Source of the DNA: Turneriella sp. | GTDB lineage: Bacteria; Spirochaetota; Leptospiria; Turneriellales; Turneriellaceae | DNA length: 64,000 nucleotides | Direction of reading: 5' to 3' | Assembly: GCA_965279515.1 (NCBI GenBank) | Contig: CBDIID010000003.1 | Span: 4,576,001-4,640,000 of the forward strand | In this document: piece by piece, positions 58,202 to 64,000 of the stretch | Position numbering within the stretch: the stretch's first letter is position 1 | How the letters are laid out: each line of letters starts with the position of its first letter | Made by a program: the position numbers and the translations under genes | The notes under the pieces: generated by a model | The model's database searches: none | Told to the model about the DNA's origin: nothing | What the model saw: only the letters and a program-made list of their open reading frames with translations

Positions 58202-59087
58202 TCCGTTCGCGGGCTTTTTTGCCTTCCGCAAACAGGGCGGGGATATCCGCCTTGCCCGAATCAATGCTATCTGCGAGATTCGCGGCTTCATGGCCCAGCT
58301 GGCGCAGCCATGCGACGACGTTCTCTTTATTGCTGAGCGCAATGTCGCGCCACATCTCTCCCGAACTTGCAGCGATGCGCGTCATGTCACGAAAGCTGCC
58401 GGCGGCGGGGTAAACTCCGAGCTTCGCATCAAACACGTCGCCGCTCATGCGCGCCATGAGGCAGGCCACGAGATGCAGCCCGTGGCTGACATAGGCCATG
58501 GTGCGGTCGTGTTCGGCGGGGTCGATCACGGCGGTCTGCGCGCCGCATAATTTCCACAGCGAAGCGATGCACTCTGAAATCACCGCGTCTTTATGCGGCA
58601 CTATAAAAACCGTCGCGCCTTCGAAGAGAGTCGCTTCTGCTGCGGCGGGGCCATTCGTTTCTTTGCCCGCCATCGGGTGCACGCCGACGAAGCGCGCTGC
58701 CGGGTATTTGTTTTGCACAAATTCACAGATCTCTTTTTTCGTCGAACACATGTCGAAGACAATCAGCTTCTGCGCCAGCGCAGGGTCAGAGAAAACCCTG
58801 TCGAGCACGCCATAACAATCGGGCAGGTTGAGGCCCAAGGCGAGGATGTCCGCATGAGCCAAAGCCGCAAGCGCATCGCGTTCGGTCACGCAGATGCCGG
58901 TGAAGCCCATTTTTTCGAGGTCGAGGCGGCTTTTTTCAGAGCGCACGGCTCCTGTGACTTCATAACCGGCCTGTTTCAGGCGAAGGCCGAGTGAGGCACC
59001 GATGAGCCCCATACCCCAGATGAAAATTGTCGGCTTTGCGACCTCCGTGTCGCCGCCGACCCCGGCGCCTCCATGCGCCTGGGTCAC
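58188..59087 (-). CDS. tyrA: Prephenate dehydrogenase
   Basis: GMGLIGASL, D.CSTK, HPMAGKE, HD...AYVSH, FRDMTRIA. Confidence 0.9.
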   Translation of the reverse strand: MTQAHGGAGVGGDTEVAKPTIFIWGMGLIGASLGLRLKQAGYEVTGAVRSEKSRLDLEKMGFTGICVTERDALAALAHADILALGLNLPDCYGVLDRVFSDPALAQKLIVFDMCSTKKEICEFVQNKYPAARFVGVHPMAGKETNGPAAAEATLFEGATVFIVPHKDAVISECIASLWKLCGAQTAVIDPAEHDRTMAYVSHGLHLVACLMARMSGDVFDAKLGVYPAAGSFRDMTRIAASSGEMWRDIALSNKENVVAWLRQLGHEAANLADSIDSGKADIPALFAEGKKARERIMRM

Positions 59088-59971
59088 AACTGTTCCTGAA
59101 TAAACGGCATGGGATTATAGGTCAGCTCAAACCAGTTTTCGGGTTCAACATTTTTAATATGAATTTCATAGTGGAGGTGCGGCCCCGTGGAGCGGCCGGT
59201 TGTACCGACAGCGCCGATGAGATCACCGCGCCTGACCTTTTGGTCTTTTTTGACGTTCACCGAATCCATGTGTGCATAGACTGTAATAAAACCAAACTTG
59301 TGCAGTATCTTCACGTTTTTGCCCAGGCTCGAATCTGCCTCGTCGCTGCCGCTGAGCACGCTGCCGTCAGCCGTTGCATAGATGGGTGTGCCTGTGCCCG
59401 CGGCGAAATCAATACCCGCATGAAAACTTGCCTGTAAGCCGAACGGGTCGGCGCGGCTGCCATAGAGTGAAGTAATCTGGTTGGAATGGACGGCGATGCC
59501 GATCGGCATACCCATATACGCCTCTTCGCGCGCGGTTAAAATACGCATCACGCTCATCAGTGGCAGAATTTTTGCATTTTGTTCGGCGGCGGCGCTGACG
59601 CCGCTCATGTCGCCGAGGTCGGGCTGCGTTTTAAAAATCGTCGTGTAATATTTTTCACCGACGGTTTTCAGGTCGTCGAGGTTTGCCGTGATGCGCTCTT
59701 TGCCCTTTTCGAGAATTTCCCAGCGGGCGAGCCAGGCCGATGCCAGTTCGGCAGAAACTTTTTTATCTGCATCGAGCGGCGCGCGCCTCAGCAGTGCATA
59801 GGTAATGAGCGCTGCTGTCGAAATAAACAGCATCAGGAAAAAATAGATAGTCGCGTAGGATATCCGCCATTCACGCTTATGGCCACCCGAGGAGGGAATG
59901 ATAGCTACGGTTAGCGCACGGCCGCTCGAGCGGCGTTCACGCTGGCTGGAAATTCGGGATTTTAGCGCCAT
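59084..59971 (-). CDS. M23-family metallopeptidase
   Basis: HAGIDF, YAHM, GTTGRSTGPHLHYEI; N-terminal TM. Confidence 0.9.
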   Translation of the reverse strand: MALKSRISSQRERRSSGRALTVAIIPSSGGHKREWRISYATIYFFLMLFISTAALITYALLRRAPLDADKKVSAELASAWLARWEILEKGKERITANLDDLKTVGEKYYTTIFKTQPDLGDMSGVSAAAEQNAKILPLMSVMRILTAREEAYMGMPIGIAVHSNQITSLYGSRADPFGLQASFHAGIDFAAGTGTPIYATADGSVLSGSDEADSSLGKNVKILHKFGFITVYAHMDSVNVKKDQKVRRGDLIGAVGTTGRSTGPHLHYEIHIKNVEPENWFELTYNPMPFIQEQL

Positions 59972-60059
59972 GGTTCACGAATAAAAATTTTGCTTTCTGG
60001 CCTGAGGTTTAGTATACTCGCTGTAGAAATAAAGCGTCAAGCCAAAAGGTGGTTAAAAA

Positions 60060-60380
60060 ATGGGTCTCGTGCAGGAAATTACAGATCAGAGCTTCGAAAC
60101 AAAGACTTCAGGCGGTGTTGTCATGGTTGATTTTTGGGCGCCGTGGTGCGGTCCCTGCCGCATGGTTGCTCCGGTACTCGAAGACCTGCAGAAAGAGATG
60201 GGTGAGAAAGTATCCATCGTCAAAATGAATGTCGACGAAAATCCCGATACGGCGATGAAATTCGGCATCACCAGCATTCCTACTTTGATGATTTTCAAAA
60301 ATGGCGAAATGGTCGACCGCACAGTCGGCGCTGCGCCTAAGGAACATTATAAGACTATTCTCGGGAAGCATCTGAGCTAA
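60060..60380 (+). CDS. trxA: Thioredoxin
   Basis: WAPWCGPC, SIPTL. Confidence 0.95.
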   Translation: MGLVQEITDQSFETKTSGGVVMVDFWAPWCGPCRMVAPVLEDLQKEMGEKVSIVKMNVDENPDTAMKFGITSIPTLMIFKNGEMVDRTVGAAPKEHYKTILGKHLS

Positions 60381-60390
60381 GTATTTAAAC

Positions 60391-60412
60391 GCCGTGGGCG
60401 CCCGCCCATGGC
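60391..60412. terminator. Hairpin between convergent genes
   Basis: GCCGTGGGCG-cc-CGCCCATGGC. Confidence 0.4.
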
Positions 60413-60415
60413 TTG

Positions 60416-60898
60416 TTAGCGCGCGCGGCTGAGTTGTTCGGCGCGCGTAAAAACCGATAACATTTCACGCGTAGACATGGTGCCATCGCTCTGGTCATTT
60501 TCACTGAAAAGACCGGCGCGCACCGCGTCGCGGTAATACCAGGATGAAGATCCTAACAGTTTAGTAAAAAAGCCCCGCGGCAGGTCAAAACGCTGGAAAA
60601 TCAGCCGGGCAAAATCGCTGCGTGTGATCGGTTGGCGGTCGCGGCGTGAGGTAATACCCCTGGATTCGAGGTATGCCTCGATGCGTTCGTTGCTGAGCGC
60701 TGTTTCGTTCTGCACGTTTTTGCTCTGCTCGCGCAGGTCGCGGGTCAGGGCCGAGCGCACAGAGTAAAAAATCAGGTCATAAGAATCAGAAAAGGTCGCC
60801 ACCGAATCTTTGAGGAGCGCGCCCACAACATCGCCGGCTGACAGGGAGGCGGTGAGCAGCAGTACTACTGGAATCCATCGGTAGCGGCGGATCGGCAT
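60416..60898 (-). CDS. Secreted hypothetical protein (SLH-like motifs)
   Basis: Signal peptide; PITRSDFA and MSTREML resemble SLH-type repeats. Confidence 0.55.
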   Translation of the reverse strand: MPIRRYRWIPVVLLLTASLSAGDVVGALLKDSVATFSDSYDLIFYSVRSALTRDLREQSKNVQNETALSNERIEAYLESRGITSRRDRQPITRSDFARLIFQRFDLPRGFFTKLLGSSSWYYRDAVRAGLFSENDQSDGTMSTREMLSVFTRAEQLSRAR

Positions 60899-60929
60899 GA
60901 TGTCATAATATACGCACGAAACGCGAAAA

Positions 60930-61874
60930 TTACGACACTTTTTTGGCCCCGTCGGCATGCTCGCGGGCCAGCGCGGCGTCGAGGGAAATGCGGGCTTTCA
61001 GGGCGTCGAGACTCGGAAACTTCTCTTCGCCCCGGATACGGCGGTCAAACTCAAAGCGCAGCTCCTGGTCATACAGGTCAGCCTTAAAATCCAGCAGGTG
61101 CACCTCAAGCCCCAGGGGAAACTTGCCGGCTGTCGGTTTATGGCCGAGGTTGGCAACTGCGGCAATCCTTTGGCCATTTTCGAGCACGGCAGTGCCCGAA
61201 TAGACACCGGCCAGCGGCAGAAGTTTTTCCGGGTCGAGCGCGATATTGGCCGTGGCAAAACCGATCTGGTTACCGCGGCCCTCGCCGCGTATCACCCGGC
61301 CGGATACGGAGTAGGGCCGGCCCAGGATTTTGCCGGTGCTCGCGGTATCACCGGCCGCCAGCGCGAGCCGCATGCGCGACGAGGATGTCCGCTCGCCATG
61401 CGTAATCTGCTCTTCGATGATTTTTAGTTCAAAACCATAGCGGTCTTTTGCGGCTGCAAGGTAGCGTGCGTTGCCGCGGCGGTTATGACCAAAGTGGTGG
61501 TCGCCGCCCATCACGAGGCAGCGCATCTTCAGTCTCTGCAAAAGAAAACTGCGCAGAAAGGTGCGGGCAGAAATTTTCAGCGTGTCGGCGGTGACGGGAT
61601 AGAAGACGACGAGGCTGAGCCCTGTCTCTGCCAGCAGGCTTTTTTTCTCCGCGAAGGTTGTCAGGCGACTGTCGTGCTCGAGTTTCTTCATGATTTTCTT
61701 CGGGCTCGGCTCATAGGTTACCAGTACCGCTTCGAGATTCGCGGCTTTTGCACGCGCCACCGTTTCGGCGATGAGTACACGGTGGCCCGAATGGACGCCG
61801 TCAAAGTCGCCCATCGCCACAACGGAGCCGGTTAAAATGTCAGGAAGCGCGTTCAGATCGTCGAAGAATTTCAC
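60930..61874 (-). CDS. ribF: Bifunctional riboflavin kinase/FAD synthetase
   Basis: G.FDGVH.GH, SSSRMR, GFATAN, GVY, EVHLLDF, IRGEEKF. Confidence 0.93.
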   Translation of the reverse strand: MKFFDDLNALPDILTGSVVAMGDFDGVHSGHRVLIAETVARAKAANLEAVLVTYEPSPKKIMKKLEHDSRLTTFAEKKSLLAETGLSLVVFYPVTADTLKISARTFLRSFLLQRLKMRCLVMGGDHHFGHNRRGNARYLAAAKDRYGFELKIIEEQITHGERTSSSRMRLALAAGDTASTGKILGRPYSVSGRVIRGEGRGNQIGFATANIALDPEKLLPLAGVYSGTAVLENGQRIAAVANLGHKPTAGKFPLGLEVHLLDFKADLYDQELRFEFDRRIRGEEKFPSLDALKARISLDAALAREHADGAKKVS

Positions 61875-61936
61875 AGAGTTCAGTCGCCGGTTATAAAGCT
61901 CTTTACACCTTGTCGTTCTAAATAAACTCGTAAGGA

Positions 61937-62026
61937 ATGCCCAGCGGCCGTAAACGAAAACGCAGAAAAATCGCGAACCACAAGCGCAAGAAAAAGCGCC
62001 GCGCGAATCGCCATAAAAAGAAGTAA
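61937..62026 (+). CDS. Small basic ribosomal protein bS22 (AURKAIP1/COX24/mS38-like), 29 aa
   Basis: MPSGRKRKRRKIANHKRKKKRRANRHKKK*; matches the MPxGxKRK..K...HKRKK..R.NRHKKK pattern; below the ORF-track cutoff. Confidence 0.88.
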   Translation: MPSGRKRKRRKIANHKRKKKRRANRHKKK

Positions 62027-62069
62027 TCCGGTTTGGGCAGCATAAACTGCCCTCGCCGTTGATTTAGTC

Positions 62070-62095
62070 AAAATCCCGGCTCTGCCGGGATTTTT
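62070..62095. terminator. Bidirectional intrinsic terminator
   Basis: AAAATCCCGGC-tct-GCCGGGATTTTT between convergent bS22 and phasin-like genes. Confidence 0.7.
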
Positions 62096-62102
62096 GTCGC
62101 AG

Positions 62103-62447
62103 TCAGGTTTGGCCCGGAATCCGGGCGCGAATGTTTTGAGTGAGCTCTTCAATCCGCTTCTGTAAATCTTCCGCGCGGCCCTTGCCGCTCGTCTGGAATT
62201 CCTTGAGCGCGCTCGTCAGGTTATCCGACATTTCTTTGGCTTTCGCCTCATAGTCTTTCACTGAAATCAGCAGGTCGTTGACGAATTTTTTGACCCGCGT
62301 CGCCGCGTCGTCGCCCGAAGAATCCCCCTTGGCGATGAGGTCATTGATGCCTTGTTCGGCTGCTTTGAATGCTGTCTGCAAATTATCTTCGAGTCCCTTG
62401 GCGGCACCGATGCCGAGATTGACGATCCGTTTGAGAAGTTCTTCCAT
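62103..62447 (-). CDS. Phasin-like helical protein
   Basis: IVNLGIGAAK...DLIAKG pattern of PhaF/PhaI-related proteins; AGGGGG SD. Confidence 0.6.
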   Translation of the reverse strand: MEELLKRIVNLGIGAAKGLEDNLQTAFKAAEQGINDLIAKGDSSGDDAATRVKKFVNDLLISVKDYEAKAKEMSDNLTSALKEFQTSGKGRAEDLQKRIEELTQNIRARIPGQT

Positions 62448-62616
62448 GTTGCCCCCTGGAGTTTTACCCCGTTTTGTTTTCCACCGAATGGGATAACCCC
62501 TTTACGGGACAAGTTTTTTACCGGTCTTCGGGGCCTCTCTGTTGTGCTATGCACTATAGTTGTTCAATTTTCGGATCGCCTTTTACTTGGCCTTTTCAAA
62601 AACCGAAAATATAACA

Positions 62617-63879
62617 GTGGCCGAGATAGCGTACAGCAATCCCCCGATCCCGCGCGAGAGCGATCCGTTTGAAGATGCCCATGCGGAAGATTCGTATTAC
62701 GGCATTCTGAACATTCTCTATTACCTCAAGGCGAAATATACACGCATCCACTTCCGTTATTCGGGGTATGTGTATATCGCGCATTGCGAGCAGATCGACC
62801 AGTACGAGGTGCTGCTGACGGCACACGGCTTCCAGGAAACGCAGGAGCGTCGCGCGGTGCTGCAGTTCGAAGCCTACAACCGCTATTATTCGTCGCAGGT
62901 TATGGTCCTGCGCACCAATGAAAACGGCATCTACATCCAGTTTCCCAACGAGCTGCTTTACCTGCAGCGCCGGCGCCATATTCGCCTCAGGTTCGACGAC
63001 CTTTTCATGCGTTTCACGATTCTATATTCGCCGATCGGCCATAGCAGGCTGGATGAGAAGAACCTCGAAAGCCGTTTTCCCTATGTGATGCAGGAGGTCG
63101 CCCGCGAAGACGTATCGCTGCAGACGATGTACCGCATGCTGGTCAGCGAGATTCAGTCTATCAGCTCCGATTTTGAGATTGTGTTCTTCGCGAACAAAAA
63201 AGAAGAAGACCTGTCGCAGGCCGAGAAGATCGTGCGCGACCACGGCAAGACTTTTTATATCGAAGACACCATGCGTGTCTTGTCATACACTTCGCCGCAC
63301 CAGCATGTGAGCCTCGTCAATATGAGCGGCGTGTTCGAGGCGCGCGCGTCTGCCGACGGCGACACGGCGGCACTCAAATATATCGAGGAAATCCGCAAGG
63401 CCGATGCGCGTAATTTCATTGTTTCATACCTGATGAGCCCGGTAACCCTCTTTGGCGCGATGCAGGGTTATGTGCGCGTTGAAACCAACCAGTTTGATAA
63501 GAAGTACATTAACCCGGCGCAGGCGGTAGATCTGCACCGCCTGATGGAGCTGTTTTCTTATGCGATGAGCAAGACGCGCATCCGCAGTTCGCACTTTGAC
63601 CCGAGCTCGGTCGAGACGCGCGTGGTCAATATTTCGCTGTCGGGACTCCTGCTCGAATTCTCAGACGAAGCGATTTTCCGTTACCTGATGCAGCACCGCC
63701 GTATCAAGATGCTGATTCCGGTCATGGGCGACGACCTCGAACTTTTTGGTGAGATTGTCCGCTTCTCGCAGCGCGGGGGATTTTATTATCTCGGGGTGTT
63801 ATTTTTCAAAAGCAAGCCCGGCGACATGATACGCCTCGAGCGTTTTATCCACGAAAATATGCAGTTTCAATTTTTGTAA
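62617..63879 (+). CDS. DUF1577/PilZ-domain protein
   Basis: QRRRHIR and NISLSG PilZ motifs flanking a GAF-like region; start uncertain (GTG 62617 or TTG 62560). Confidence 0.7.
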   Translation: MAEIAYSNPPIPRESDPFEDAHAEDSYYGILNILYYLKAKYTRIHFRYSGYVYIAHCEQIDQYEVLLTAHGFQETQERRAVLQFEAYNRYYSSQVMVLRTNENGIYIQFPNELLYLQRRRHIRLRFDDLFMRFTILYSPIGHSRLDEKNLESRFPYVMQEVAREDVSLQTMYRMLVSEIQSISSDFEIVFFANKKEEDLSQAEKIVRDHGKTFYIEDTMRVLSYTSPHQHVSLVNMSGVFEARASADGDTAALKYIEEIRKADARNFIVSYLMSPVTLFGAMQGYVRVETNQFDKKYINPAQAVDLHRLMELFSYAMSKTRIRSSHFDPSSVETRVVNISLSGLLLEFSDEAIFRYLMQHRRIKMLIPVMGDDLELFGEIVRFSQRGGFYYLGVLFFKSKPGDMIRLERFIHENMQFQFL

Positions 63880-63896
63880 TTTTTGATGACCTAAGA

Positions 63897-63987
63897 AAAA
63901 CGCAGAATATACAGAGTTTCGCAAAGGATGCGATGTACCTGCGTCGACCTTATGAAACTTCGCGCAACTTTGCGTCCTTTGCGGTTA
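63897..63987. repeat. Second CGCAGAG/CGCAAAG-type palindrome
   Basis: aacgcagaatatacagagtttcgcaaag...cttcgcgcaactttgcgtcctttgcggtt. Confidence 0.5.
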
Positions 63988-64000
63988 GTAGCGGAATTTC

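Noticed and set aside
61880..62152. 90-aa minus-strand ORF with a hydrophobic stretch
   Set aside because: Antisense shadow of the Lys/Arg-rich bS22 gene and its terminator.
1..64000. rRNA, tRNA, riboswitch or defence-system genes
   Set aside because: None recognisable by eye; a covariance-model scan (Rfam, tRNAscan-SE) would be needed to exclude small RNAs.

Overview
This is bacterial chromosomal DNA, probably from a Leptospiraceae spirochaete (Turneriella-like). That is an inference from CheX, an OmpL37-like protein, DUF1577/PilZ, a CxxxY-type CcmE and spirochaetal lipoboxes. Most of the window is housekeeping and envelope genes: rluD, tandem thyX, lptF/G, pepP, a gspK-N T2SS tail, an MMPL/LolA-like lipid transport trio, mutM, an amidase, PNP, an orphan nuoF with cyclase, FecR and TPR genes, pilD, ccmE, fapA, tyrA, trxA and ribF. 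The accessory part is a ~14.3 kb minus-strand module (about 16.7-31.0 kb). It encodes a CsgG/TolB-N-like + DUF5683 protein, a 1211-aa Ig + 3xLamG lipoprotein and a 2260-aa signal-peptide-bearing TcB/TcC-like RHS protein. The RHS protein has 7 Cys-paired FG-GAP repeats, an internal two-TM insertion and an unrecognised C-terminal cargo. A putative immunity lipoprotein gene follows, split by an intact IS5 element (CTAG duplication; the frame restores on excision), and then a nonsense-interrupted gene remnant. Features missing from the ORF track include a 29-aa bS22-like ribosomal protein gene, a 203-bp MITE with TTA duplication, several REP-like palindromes and candidate leaderless/sigma28 promoters. 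All family calls come from motif recognition; no searches were run.
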